A stretch of DNA of 61,124 nucleotides, the filler included. It is 4 parts of 4 records of this genome, joined end to end, with 100 filler letters (N's around TTAATTAATTAA, not from the genome) between each part and the next. Parts side by side here need not be neighbours in the genome. Positions count along the whole stretch, not along the records: positions 1 to 28,899 come from SRR20825010_794; 3 more parts are not named here. One strand, 5' to 3'. The translations under genes were made by a program, and so were the position numbers. Positions 9,154 through 19,065 of the stretch are shown one piece after another. How positions within the stretch are numbered: position 1 is the stretch's first letter; each line of letters opens with the position of its first letter. The notes beneath the pieces were generated by a model that was not told the origin of the DNA, made no database searches, and saw only the letters and a program-made list of their open reading frames with translations.

Positions 9154-10530
9154 TTAAGATAGTTCGGCCCTGATTTCTTTCTGAAGAAAAAATCCTGTGA
9201 CGACCGTTGAAAGCACATCGGCAATACAAAAGGATAGCCACACCCCTATTTCTCCCATAAAATTGGGAAGAATCAAAATCAACGGGATAAAAAAGAAGCC
9301 TTGACGCGTCAAGGTCAGCAACAAAGCAGGAATGGCCTTGCCAATGGCCTGAAAATAAGCGGCTCCTATCAATTGTATGGCAATGATCGGCGTTGCGGCA
9401 AAAACCAATCGCATGGCCAAGGGCGTATGTTGGCGCACAAAATTATTGGTCTCTATTTCCTCTGGGGACAGCTCAGGGCGATTGCTCAAAAACAGGGATG
9501 CTATTTCCGAAGGAAAAACCATCAACACCACAAAAACAAGGGTTGCCACCAAAGCTGCATATTTAATGGCAGTGTAAATGGATTCCTTTACCCGATCGTA
9601 CTTTACCGCTCCATAATTGTAGCCAGCGATGGGCAAAAATCCTTGGGTGACACCAAAAACGGGAAATAGGGCGAACATCAGCATTCTACCGATTATGGCA
9701 TACACGGCGACCATGGCCTCCCCGCCCAAATTGAACAATATATTGTTCATCAATAAATACGTGATGCTAGTAACCGCCTGTCGGGCCAAGGTCACAAATC
9801 CCAAGGAACCGATTTCCCGAAGAATAGATCGATCCAATCCAAAATGGGAGATATCGATTTTTAATTCGGAGTTGTCCGATAAAAAAAAGTAAAACACATA
9901 AAAAAAGCAGAGCAAGTAGCCCACCGTGGTGGCCCAAGCCGCACCTTGCATGCCCCAATCGAACACATAAATAAAGATATAATCCATCAATAGGTTTCCC
10001 ACAGATGGAATGATCATGGCGATCATGGCAAAACGAGGCTTGCCTTCTGCACGGATCACGGTATTTCCCATCATACAGAGGGCCAAGAAAGGAACTCCGT
10101 ACAAAATGATGGTATAGTAAATCTTGGCGGGTTCAAAAATGGCACCTTTGCCGCCAAAGGCTGGAATCAAACTATCCACAAAATAAAGGCCTAGAGCCAC
10201 CATGGTGATGGTAACCAACAAGGTCAAAGTAATCTGGTTCCCGAAGGTTTTTAGGGCCTTATCGCGATTATTGGCACCCAGTGCCCGCGAAATAATGCTG
10301 GATCCCCCGATACCGATGGCCATTCCCAATGCGGCGATAAAGAAAGATACCGGAAGTACCACGTTTATGGCGGCAATGGCGATGGAACCTATCCAGTTGC
10401 CCACAAAAATGGAATCCACCAGCACGTTCAGGGACATCACCAAAATACCAATAGAAGCGGGTACGGCCTGTTTGATCAGTAATTTTCCAATGGGTTCCTG
10501 CCCAAGTTCCTCGGAGGTTATTTTGGCCAT
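9154..10530 (-). CDS. MATE family efflux transporter (MepA-like)
   Basis: About 12 TM; IRAEG, GAAWAT, PIAGYNYGA, YFQAIG, RQG. Confidence 0.9.
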   Translation of the reverse strand: MAKITSEELGQEPIGKLLIKQAVPASIGILVMSLNVLVDSIFVGNWIGSIAIAAINVVLPVSFFIAALGMAIGIGGSSIISRALGANNRDKALKTFGNQITLTLLVTITMVALGLYFVDSLIPAFGGKGAIFEPAKIYYTIILYGVPFLALCMMGNTVIRAEGKPRFAMIAMIIPSVGNLLMDYIFIYVFDWGMQGAAWATTVGYLLCFFYVFYFFLSDNSELKIDISHFGLDRSILREIGSLGFVTLARQAVTSITYLLMNNILFNLGGEAMVAVYAIIGRMLMFALFPVFGVTQGFLPIAGYNYGAVKYDRVKESIYTAIKYAALVATLVFVVLMVFPSEIASLFLSNRPELSPEEIETNNFVRQHTPLAMRLVFAATPIIAIQLIGAAYFQAIGKAIPALLLTLTRQGFFFIPLILILPNFMGEIGVWLSFCIADVLSTVVTGFFLQKEIRAELS

Positions 10531-10577
10531 GCCAGCGGGTATTCTTTATTTAAAATGAAGGCAATTCTGGTTCAAAA

Positions 10578-11369
10578 CTACAACGCATTCACCAAATTCC
10601 CTTTGTTCTCTTTTAGTTTTTCGGCAATACTGTCCCAAAGCTCGATTCGGAATTGGAGCGCTTGCTTGCTGTATTGTAAAACATCGTTCCACTTTTTGTC
10701 GTCGGTACCGCAAAGTGCCTTAATCATGCGCAATGCCAAAGGGCCGTGCTCGTCCCCATCCAATTCAATATGTCTTTTGAGGTAATATTCCAGTTTTTTG
10801 TAGTTGCTCGCACCTTTTTCCCCAGATTGCTCAATGATGCCCAAGAACATATCGGGAATCAAGTCTTCGCGACCAAAGGTAAAGGCAGCCGCAATACGAT
10901 GCGGTTGTTGACTATTGATGACCTGGAAAGTAAATTGAAGAAAATTCTTTTCGGCCCGATTGAGTTCTGCCCCTTCAATTTGGTTTGAAATCGTTTTTAA
11001 ATCAGTGAAAGACGAAATGATGGCTTCAGCCTTCTGGGTGTCCGCCTGCACCTCCTGCATGGCATCGAGGTACATTTCAAAATGACTTTTGGGTTCTCCC
11101 TCCTCGTTGAAATCGCTCTCTTCCTCCAGCACAATCTCATTAATGAACCGTGCCACCGAAGTATCGTCGGCGGGGTGCCATGGCAAGCTCACACAGGTCA
11201 AATGTTGCTGCAGGGCTTTTAAAAGTGACATAAAATCCCAAACGGCGTAGATATGGCTCTCCATGAAGGTTTTAATATCCTCAACGGATTCCAATTGAGC
11301 ATACAATGGGTGGTTCTTTAATTTTTCACGAAGGGGTTGAAGCTCGTGCTCCAAGTTTTCAATTTTCAT
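10578..11369 (-). CDS. DUF3050 heme-oxygenase-like (putative diiron) protein; alternative TTG start at 11402
   Basis: HPLY, FMESHIYAVWDFMSLLKALQ, RFINEIVLEEESD, SHFEMY, FTFGREDLIP, RHIELDGDEHG. Confidence 0.85.
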   Translation of the reverse strand: MKIENLEHELQPLREKLKNHPLYAQLESVEDIKTFMESHIYAVWDFMSLLKALQQHLTCVSLPWHPADDTSVARFINEIVLEEESDFNEEGEPKSHFEMYLDAMQEVQADTQKAEAIISSFTDLKTISNQIEGAELNRAEKNFLQFTFQVINSQQPHRIAAAFTFGREDLIPDMFLGIIEQSGEKGASNYKKLEYYLKRHIELDGDEHGPLALRMIKALCGTDDKKWNDVLQYSKQALQFRIELWDSIAEKLKENKGNLVNAL

Positions 11370-11403
11370 GGCAACTATTTTGTTCTCTTCTTCTTTACGC
11401 AAT

Positions 11404-12450
11404 TTATCGGATGTTGGTTTCGGGCAATAGATCCCTTTCTTCCCAATTCTTGATCCATTTGGCCATCAATTCGGCCCAATCATCACGGTCGTTCAAACAG
11501 GGAATATGGATGTAATCACCCCCTCCAGCTTCTTGAAACTGCTCCTTTCCCTCCATGGCGATCTCTTCCAAAGTCTCCAAACAATCACTGACGAATGCTG
11601 GGGTGATCACGGCCAGTTTTTTGATACCTTCTTCCCCCAAGCGCTCAAACTCTTTGTCCGTGAAGGGTTGCAACCAAGGGTCGCTTCCCAATCTGGATTG
11701 GAACGAAGTGCTCACTTTATCCTCTGGCAGGCCAAGTTCCTTTTTTACCAGCTCGGTAGTATCATAACATTGGTGCCTGTAGCAGGTTTGGTGGGCCACA
11801 GAATTCGTCTTGCAACAAGTTCCGTTCAATTGGCAATGGAACTTGGTAGGGTCCGATTTTCTAATATGCCTTTCGGGAATTCCATGATAGGAAAATAGAA
11901 TATGGTCGTAGTCAAATCCCTGTAAACCTTCGGCAATACTTTTTGACAATATTTTAATGTAATCTGGGTTACTGTAAAAAGCGGGCAATGTGGTTATGTG
12001 CATCTCGGGAAAATCCTGTTGTTGCACTTCAAGTGCTTTTACAACGACTGTTTCGTAGGACGACATGGCATAATGTGGATACAATGGTACCAAGAACACC
12101 TCATCGACCCCTTTCTCCTTTAATTCTTGTAAACCTTCTTTAATGGACCCCGAACCGTAACGCATCCCAAGGGCCACGGGAAGGTCTGTATGTTTTTGCA
12201 CTTTTTTCGCGAATCTTTCGGAAATAATGATCAACGGAGACCCTTCATCCCACCAAATTTTGGAATAGGCCTCCGCGGATTTCTTGGGACGGGTATTTAA
12301 TATAATCCCCCGTACAATGATGTTCCTTAACACAGGATTGACGTCGATAACGCGTTCGTCCATCAAAAATTCATCCAAATATGGCTTTACATCCTTTGCG
12401 GTAGGGCTATCGGGAGATCCCAAATTGACCAATAAAACTCCTTTTTTCAC
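11404..12450 (-). CDS. hemH: Ferrochelatase
   Basis: GVLLVNLGSPDSP, MRYG, LYPHY, FSYHGIP, FQSR, W-L-Q-P, AFVSDCLETLEEI, PCLND. Confidence 0.97.
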   Translation of the reverse strand: MKKGVLLVNLGSPDSPTAKDVKPYLDEFLMDERVIDVNPVLRNIIVRGIILNTRPKKSAEAYSKIWWDEGSPLIIISERFAKKVQKHTDLPVALGMRYGSGSIKEGLQELKEKGVDEVFLVPLYPHYAMSSYETVVVKALEVQQQDFPEMHITTLPAFYSNPDYIKILSKSIAEGLQGFDYDHILFSYHGIPERHIRKSDPTKFHCQLNGTCCKTNSVAHQTCYRHQCYDTTELVKKELGLPEDKVSTSFQSRLGSDPWLQPFTDKEFERLGEEGIKKLAVITPAFVSDCLETLEEIAMEGKEQFQEAGGGDYIHIPCLNDRDDWAELMAKWIKNWEERDLLPETNIR

Positions 12451-12596
12451 GGCATTTTAGTTTAGGCCGCTAAAATACAACACGAAGCGGACTTCACCTT
12501 TTCCACATCAAAATACTTTTTTATGATAAAATAATGATTTTCGATTTTGTTTAAGCATTCTTCCTTCCTTGGGCTTTTCTGTCTTATTTTTGAAAT

Positions 12597-13670
12597 ATGG
12601 AGTCCTTCTACGACAATGTTTCCAAAGAATCCCTTATTTATTTGGGCATTGCCCTTTTTGTACTGGTCGTACTGTATTGGAGCACATCCGTTGTGCTGAA
12701 ACGTTTGGGCAAAAACCCAAAATATCTTTTGCCAAAAAGCGCATTTCGTCGCTTGGCCATTCCATTGGTATTGATTTTTATATCGGTTCTCCTACGAATG
12801 AAAGCGCTCCGCGACCTCTTGAATTTGGAAAACGCGGAATACTGGTTTAAAAAAGCCAGTACCTTGCTCTTTATCTTTGCGATGGCCTGGGCCATGATCG
12901 CTTTGCTTAAAATCATAAAAAAAGCAGTCATTCAAAATTATGATATTGGAGTAGCGGACAACCTAAAGGCACGAAAGGTGTATACACAGTTTACCATTCT
13001 AGAACGCATCTTCATTTTCATTATAATACTGTTGAGCGTAGGCTTTATTTTGATGAGCTTTGAAGAAATCCGAGAAGTGGGCATCAGTATTTTTGCCTCT
13101 GCGGGTGTTGCGGGAATCATTATTGGTTTTTCGGCACAGCAGTTTATCGGGACAATTTTGGCCGGTATCCAAATTGCCATTGCCCAGCCCATAAAACTGG
13201 ATGATGTGGTGATCGTGGAAGGCGAATGGGGGCGAATCGAGGAGATTACTTTGACCTATGTGGTGGTGAGCATTTGGGACAAAAGACGTTTGATCGTGCC
13301 CACACCCTACTTTATCAACCAACCGTTCCAAAACTGGACCAAGACCTCATCTGAACTACTGGGGACCATATTTTTATATGTGGATTACAATGTTCCTTTT
13401 GATAAAATTAGGGAAGAACAAACACGTATCTTAAACAACACGGACCTGTGGGACGGTAATGTAGATGTGGTGCAGGTTACGGACACCAAACCCAATTATG
13501 TAGAAATCAGGTGCTTGGTCAGTTCCAAAGATTCGCCGACAGGATGGGATTTACGGGTGCATGTCCGTGAGAAGCTTATTGAATATTTACAAGAAAATTA
13601 TCCCGAGAGCATTGCGAGGACTACGCGATTGACGGTTGAACGTAAAGAGGACAACCGCACCAACGCTTAA
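12597..13670 (+). CDS. Small-conductance mechanosensitive channel (MscS family)
   Basis: SAGVAG…AGIQIA…DDVVIVEGEWGRIEEI, WD.RRL, FQNW. Confidence 0.9.
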   Translation: MESFYDNVSKESLIYLGIALFVLVVLYWSTSVVLKRLGKNPKYLLPKSAFRRLAIPLVLIFISVLLRMKALRDLLNLENAEYWFKKASTLLFIFAMAWAMIALLKIIKKAVIQNYDIGVADNLKARKVYTQFTILERIFIFIIILLSVGFILMSFEEIREVGISIFASAGVAGIIIGFSAQQFIGTILAGIQIAIAQPIKLDDVVIVEGEWGRIEEITLTYVVVSIWDKRRLIVPTPYFINQPFQNWTKTSSELLGTIFLYVDYNVPFDKIREEQTRILNNTDLWDGNVDVVQVTDTKPNYVEIRCLVSSKDSPTGWDLRVHVREKLIEYLQENYPESIARTTRLTVERKEDNRTNA

Positions 13671-13755
13671 ACTCAACCTTGTTTTTTACTGTTTGCCAGA
13701 GTTTTCTACGGTATTTTATTGAGATACTTATCTTTAAAGCAACCAAACTATGTAC

Positions 13756-15111
13756 ATGAAAAACCTATTCCCATTGTTACTGGGCATTCTTTTTATTTGT
13801 AATGGATGCTCCAAAGACGAATCCCAACCACCTAATCCCAATCCTACGGAAGGAGAAGAACCAACAAATGAAAACCCTGACGAACAAGAGCCAGAAATGG
13901 TGACCTATTTTACTTTTGAGGCTTTAACCAACACCGGTGATACAGATGATTGGGTCATCATTCATGATGAAAATGGCGTTTTGTTAGACTTTAAATCGTT
14001 CGAGTTTGGAGACAAATTTGAATTTCAGGTTTTAAAAGAAGAACCCCATCCCGATAATTTCACCATTACACTATTCAACTACAAAAACTCAGTTGAAGGA
14101 GAAATGTTGCATACAATTAAATCCTATCCAAATATATCGACGGAATCAAATTGGAAACATACTCCTAATGCTAAAGCAAACAACGAAGTTGAAAGGGGAA
14201 GCCCACTTGGCAGTGTAAGCATAACCGTGAATGATGCCATATCACCCAAATATCAGTTCTTTTCGGACACAGGAGGTTTTATTCAATCCGATTACGGTCC
14301 GGATTTTGAAGGTGTCACACAAAATATTTTCAATGAAAATATTTCTATTTATCAAGAAGAAAAGTTGTTCTACTCATTCTATGACTCCAACAACCAAGTG
14401 AAATATTATTCAATCGAAAATGTTTCCGACGGGGATGAAATCATCCTGGATTATTCAGATTTCCAGTCTTATGATAGCTATCTTGAGGTGAACCTTCCAC
14501 AAGATAGTGCTCAACACAATCTATTGGCTGTGGTGAACACCTTTGAAGAAAATCAAAATATAAGTGTGTCCAACGGTATTCACTTCTATTTTATTATTGA
14601 CATTGTTGATTCAGATTCCACCGACCCACTAAAGCTTGGCTATTTGGATGCCTATTCCAAATATCACAGCGTTTTATCATTAAACAATGACACCTATGCT
14701 TATAGCTTAGTGAAATTTGGTGACAAGCCGAATGAAATATCCATTCCTAATGATGCGACAATAACTGTTTTTGATGAATCAATCTCCAATTATCAATTTG
14801 AAACCAATCTGGATTTTCAAATGCAAGATGTTTCCTGGGAGGTTACAGAAGGCGAAAGATATGTAGATTTAGTTCAGACTAATTGGAATATTATTTCTGC
14901 GCCTGGGAGTTCAGGAACTATTGGGGACATTCCGGAAGAAATACAGTCAGCTTATCCAAACTTAAAGATTGAAGATTTAAATTTGACCTCGACCAAATTA
15001 CATTTGGACTTCATCACCTATGATCAATTGTTACAGGTTGAATTTATCAACCCAGAACTTAAAACATATTACAACTCCCATGAGATATTCATTTTCAAAC
15101 ATTCTAACTAA
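13756..15111 (+). CDS. Hypothetical acidic lipoprotein
   Basis: Lipobox (CNGC-SKD), Pro/Glu-rich tether, long open frame, no recognised domain; alternative ATG at 13750. Confidence 0.7.
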   Translation: MKNLFPLLLGILFICNGCSKDESQPPNPNPTEGEEPTNENPDEQEPEMVTYFTFEALTNTGDTDDWVIIHDENGVLLDFKSFEFGDKFEFQVLKEEPHPDNFTITLFNYKNSVEGEMLHTIKSYPNISTESNWKHTPNAKANNEVERGSPLGSVSITVNDAISPKYQFFSDTGGFIQSDYGPDFEGVTQNIFNENISIYQEEKLFYSFYDSNNQVKYYSIENVSDGDEIILDYSDFQSYDSYLEVNLPQDSAQHNLLAVVNTFEENQNISVSNGIHFYFIIDIVDSDSTDPLKLGYLDAYSKYHSVLSLNNDTYAYSLVKFGDKPNEISIPNDATITVFDESISNYQFETNLDFQMQDVSWEVTEGERYVDLVQTNWNIISAPGSSGTIGDIPEEIQSAYPNLKIEDLNLTSTKLHLDFITYDQLLQVEFINPELKTYYNSHEIFIFKHSN

Positions 15112-15964
15112 AAGTTTTTTTCTGTTTTTTTTGATGTTGTTGGGATTCTTGACGAAGATAGAAGCCCAACAAATCACCTGTTCTACAAAGGACAAATCCC
15201 TTTTCGAGACCAAAATATCTGTGCTGGAACAAACAAAAGCATCGGGCTTAGGGGATACCATTGCTTTGGTCGGACAATCCTTTTTGGGAACGCCTTACGT
15301 GGAAAAAACCCTTGAGGTTGGCGATACGGAAACCTTGGTCGTGAATTTTGGTGGACTGGATTGCACCACTTTTGTGGAAAATGTGCTGGCCTTTAGCCTG
15401 ATGCTGAAAAACCAACAGCAGGATTTTGAAAATTTCACGGAAAACCTAGAGACCGTTCGGTATAGAAACGGAAATTTAGAAGGTTACCCCTCTCGTCTCC
15501 ATTATTTTACGGAATGGATTCGAAACAACGAGAAAAAGGGTTTGGTCAAGGATATCACCGCCGAACTAGGCGGAGTGGAGCTTGAAAAAGCTATCAATTT
15601 TATGGGGACACATCGAAACTTGTACCCATTTTTGGCCAGTGACGAGAATTATGAAGCCATGTTAGCTGTAGAGAAAGATATTGCCGAGGAAAAACTCTGC
15701 TACCTGCCACAGGGCCAAATTGAAGGCAAGGAACACCTCATCAAGTCGGGAGACATTCTTGCCTTGGCCACCTCCATAAAAGGGTTGGACGTGACCCACA
15801 CGGGAATCGCCATCCATCAACCTGATGGAAGATTGCATTTATTGCACGCCTCCAGCAAAAATGGTGAGGTAGAAATATCCGAATTGCCCTTGGCGGATTA
15901 CCTAAAAAATATCAAAAGCAACATTGGAATCATTGTGGCAAGACCGACCTTACTTTCGCTTTAG
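15080..15964 (+). CDS. DUF1460 N-acetylmuramoyl-L-alanine amidase-like protein (NlpC/P60 superfamily)
   Basis: FLGTPYV..TLE, LDCTTFVE (catalytic Cys), RLHYFTEW, GLDVTHTG, LLHASS. Confidence 0.88.
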   Translation: MRYSFSNILTKSFFLFFLMLLGFLTKIEAQQITCSTKDKSLFETKISVLEQTKASGLGDTIALVGQSFLGTPYVEKTLEVGDTETLVVNFGGLDCTTFVENVLAFSLMLKNQQQDFENFTENLETVRYRNGNLEGYPSRLHYFTEWIRNNEKKGLVKDITAELGGVELEKAINFMGTHRNLYPFLASDENYEAMLAVEKDIAEEKLCYLPQGQIEGKEHLIKSGDILALATSIKGLDVTHTGIAIHQPDGRLHLLHASSKNGEVEISELPLADYLKNIKSNIGIIVARPTLLSL

Positions 15965-16708
15965 GCACCATTCAATGGCACCTAAAAGATGTTGGCGGAA
16001 CATAGGTTCATCATAGGCGTCCTCGGTATGGCCACCGCCCGTATAGAAAGCTCTTCCTCCATCAAATTCGTGATACCATGCTATCGGATGATTGGAGCCA
16101 TTGGTTCCGCCTTCGTAAGTGGTCTCATCCAAATTGAGCAAAACAGTAACGTCCTGATTTAAATCCTTAAAGTTGTACCACTCATCGGTTCTAGTCCAGG
16201 AATCTTGTAAGTGCTCCGTGGACGGATGCGCCTTGCTCACCACATCAATTTTTGCCTGCCGGACGTTGGGGTCGCTGGGGTGACTTACAAAATAACCCCC
16301 TACCAACTTTCCATACCAAGGCCAATCATATTCGGTATCCGACGCTGCATGGATTCCCAAAAAAGCACCTCCTCCTTTAATGTACGATTCAAATGCACGT
16401 TGTTGTGCGTCGTTCAACACATCCAACGTGGTGCTTAAAAACACGACAAGTTTGTAATTTTTAAGGTTTGAGGCCGTAAAATCCTCTCCTGATTCCGTCT
16501 GTAAAGCGATAAAACCGTTTTCCCTGCCCAGTTCCCTAAGCGTCTGCACTCCTTTCTCAATCGATTTATGCCGCCATCCTTTGGTTTTGGAGAAAACCAG
16601 TACCAATTCTGGCATTTTTTGGGCTTCCGATTCAGTTGTAGGTGTGTCTTGCGCCTCCATTTGAAATATAAAACAAAGGGCAAGCAAGGATAATGTGAAG
16701 ATTCTCAT
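15950..16708 (-). CDS. ThuA-domain (class I glutamine amidotransferase-like) secreted protein
   Basis: VLVFSKTKGWRH.SI, GIHAASDTEYDW.WY..LVGGYF..HP, DEWYNF, FYTGGGH. Confidence 0.88.
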   Translation of the reverse strand: MRIFTLSLLALCFIFQMEAQDTPTTESEAQKMPELVLVFSKTKGWRHKSIEKGVQTLRELGRENGFIALQTESGEDFTASNLKNYKLVVFLSTTLDVLNDAQQRAFESYIKGGGAFLGIHAASDTEYDWPWYGKLVGGYFVSHPSDPNVRQAKIDVVSKAHPSTEHLQDSWTRTDEWYNFKDLNQDVTVLLNLDETTYEGGTNGSNHPIAWYHEFDGGRAFYTGGGHTEDAYDEPMFRQHLLGAIEWCLKRK

Positions 16709-16719
16709 ATGCTGTTTGT

Positions 16720-17598
16720 TTAGACGTTTGAAGTTAAGTATTTTTTGGGTGTTGTACCGAACTTCTTTTTAAAAGAGGCTATAAAATGACTGGCCGTACT
16801 GTACCCGACCTTAAGTCCCACTTCGTTGACATTGTGCTTGCCGGTTTCCAGCATTTTGCGGGCATATTCCATTTTATAATCGAACAGAAACCCAAATACG
16901 GAGTCTCCATAGATTTGTTTGAAGCCTTCTTTCAACTTTTTAAGGCTCAATCCCACTTCTTGAGACAGTTCGGCCAATGTTGGCGGCTCGGCCATTCGAG
17001 AAATCATAATCTCCTTGGCCATACGGATACGACGGACATTATCCTCATCTGCCAAATAGGGGCATTGTTCCAGATCGGCGTCTTCGGTCTTGTTGAAATA
17101 GAGGGAAATCAGTTCGTAGACCTTACCCTTTAAATACAGTTTTTTGATGGATGGATGCAAGTTATAGTTCATCAATTGGCTTAGGACAACGGCCGTGGCG
17201 GGGGACACCATTTCTTGGGAATAATACTTTTTCTCCTTGTTTTCCTCACTCAAAAACGGAATGTAGTCCGCTTCATCTGAAAATAAAGAGTGAAATTTCC
17301 TGATGGTCATGACCACCGAGAGCAGCCAAGACCCTGGCGACACCACTAAATCAAGCGGTAAATCTTTTTGGGTATTGTAGAGCAAAAGGGAGTTTTCTTC
17401 ATTTACCTCCAAATAGTAGTTGCCCTCGTTAAAATTGAACTTTGACTTTCCCTTCAAACAAAAGTGAAATTGAATGTAGGAACTGTCTATATCCCTTGCT
17501 ATCAGCTTAGGTTCTTGGGTATCGTTCTGGATTTTGAGGATGTAAATTCCGTCTTCGACCAAAATTTCATCATATGAACCGCCAGCGATATTTTTCAT
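16720..17598 (-). CDS. AraC family transcriptional regulator, divergent from hemA (alternative TTG start at 17610)
   Basis: C-terminal double HTH (PPTLAELS…LKEGFK; NVNEVG..VGYS..SHF…FKKKFG.TP); QFHFC; EQCPYL. Confidence 0.92.
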   Translation of the reverse strand: MKNIAGGSYDEILVEDGIYILKIQNDTQEPKLIARDIDSSYIQFHFCLKGKSKFNFNEGNYYLEVNEENSLLLYNTQKDLPLDLVVSPGSWLLSVVMTIRKFHSLFSDEADYIPFLSEENKEKKYYSQEMVSPATAVVLSQLMNYNLHPSIKKLYLKGKVYELISLYFNKTEDADLEQCPYLADEDNVRRIRMAKEIMISRMAEPPTLAELSQEVGLSLKKLKEGFKQIYGDSVFGFLFDYKMEYARKMLETGKHNVNEVGLKVGYSTASHFIASFKKKFGTTPKKYLTSNV

Positions 17599-17630
17599 AT
17601 TGGTTTTCAATCTGATTTTGCTTTTGACTT

Positions 17631-17651
17631 AATTTAGAATCGCTCTAAATT
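17631..17651. promoter_or_regulatory. Perfect 8-5-8 palindrome AATTTAGA-atcgc-TCTAAATT, Fur-box-like operator
   Basis: Seen directly in the araC-hemA intergenic region; resembles the TTTAGAAT-N-ATTCTAAA iron-regulon boxes I recall from Flavobacteriia. Confidence 0.6.
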
Positions 17652-17780
17652 GTATTGTTGATTATCAAATTTATCAATAATACCAATGTGTTATGTCATT
17701 TTAATCAAAAATAAATCATAAAATAACAGCCGTAGTTATTTATAGTACCGCTAGCGTTATTTTTTGACCTATAAGCCTGT

Positions 17781-17788
17781 TATTTTTG
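17781..17788 (+). promoter_or_regulatory. Bacteroidota -7 promoter element (TAnnTTTG) for hemA
   Basis: TATTTTTG about 20 nt upstream of the hemA ATG at 17809. Confidence 0.45.
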
Positions 17789-17808
17789 TGCTGCGATTTA
17801 TATCCTTT

Positions 17809-19065
17809 ATGAGGGACTACCATATTTCAAAACATAATTCCTTCTATGCCGTTGGGTTAAGTTACAAGAAGGCGGATGCAGAGGTGAGAGGAAAGTTCAG
17901 TCTGGATGTTCCTGCCATTGACCATATTTTGGGCAAGGCCAAGGAAATCGGAATTGATGGTCTTCTGGCCATCTCTACTTGTAACCGTACAGAACTCTAC
18001 GGTTTTGCACAACACCCCTACCAGCTTATCAAATTACTTTGCGACGAGACCCATGGAACGGTTGAAGAGTTCCAGGAAGTGGCCTATGTGTACAAAAATC
18101 ACGATGCCATTTCGCATATGTTCAAAGTGGGAACCGGTCTTGACAGTCAGATTTTAGGTGATTTTGAAATCATCAGCCAAATTAAGCAAGGGTTTTATCG
18201 TGCCAAAAAGTATGATATGGCCAATCCGTTCATGGAGCGCTTGTGCAATGCTGTGATTCAGGCCAGCAAGCGTATCAAAAACGAAACGGAAATATCTTCT
18301 GGTGCCACATCCGTAGCTTTTGCTTCGGTAAAATATATTTTGGACAATGTTGATGACATTTCCGACAAGAACATCCTCTTGTTCGGAACGGGGAAAATTG
18401 GAAGAAACACCTGCGAAAACTTGGTAAAGCACTCCAATAATTCCCATATTACCTTGATCAACCGAACTCGGGAAAAAGCGGAGGACATTGCAGGCAAATT
18501 TCAGTTGACCGTTAAGGATTATGGCGATTTGCAAACCGAAATACGTAAAGCAGATATTCTTGTGGTTGCCACGGGTGCCCAATTACCCACCGTTTCCAAA
18601 GCACTCATCTATCCCAAAAAACCATTATTGGTGTTGGATTTGTCAGTTCCCAAAAACGTATCGGACGATGTGAAGGAACTGGACAACGTGACCTTGGTGC
18701 ATTTGGATCAACTCTCACAGATTACCGACGAAACCTTGGCCAAACGAAAAGAATACGTTCCCAAAGCGGAAGCTATCATAGAAAAAGTAAAAAAGGATTT
18801 CCTGAAATGGCTGGAAACCCGCAAGTTTGCCCCTGTGATCAATGCACTCAAGGACAAACTGAACACGATGAAAACCGAGGAAATCGATTTTCAGACCAAA
18901 AAAATTGAAGGATTCGACCAAATTCAGGCAGAAATCATCTCAGACCGGATCATTCAAAAAATCACCAAGCAGTTTGCCAACCACCTGAAGAGCAACGAGG
19001 TCGATACCGATGATAGCTTGGAGCTGATCCAGAAAGTTTTTCAGCTAGAACTACACTCCAAATGA
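17809..19065 (+). CDS. hemA: Glutamyl-tRNA reductase
   Basis: STCNRTE, GLDSQILGDFEI..Q, GATSV, GTGKIG, NRT, DLSVPKNV. Confidence 0.97.
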   Translation: MRDYHISKHNSFYAVGLSYKKADAEVRGKFSLDVPAIDHILGKAKEIGIDGLLAISTCNRTELYGFAQHPYQLIKLLCDETHGTVEEFQEVAYVYKNHDAISHMFKVGTGLDSQILGDFEIISQIKQGFYRAKKYDMANPFMERLCNAVIQASKRIKNETEISSGATSVAFASVKYILDNVDDISDKNILLFGTGKIGRNTCENLVKHSNNSHITLINRTREKAEDIAGKFQLTVKDYGDLQTEIRKADILVVATGAQLPTVSKALIYPKKPLLVLDLSVPKNVSDDVKELDNVTLVHLDQLSQITDETLAKRKEYVPKAEAIIEKVKKDFLKWLETRKFAPVINALKDKLNTMKTEEIDFQTKKIEGFDQIQAEIISDRIIQKITKQFANHLKSNEVDTDDSLELIQKVFQLELHSK

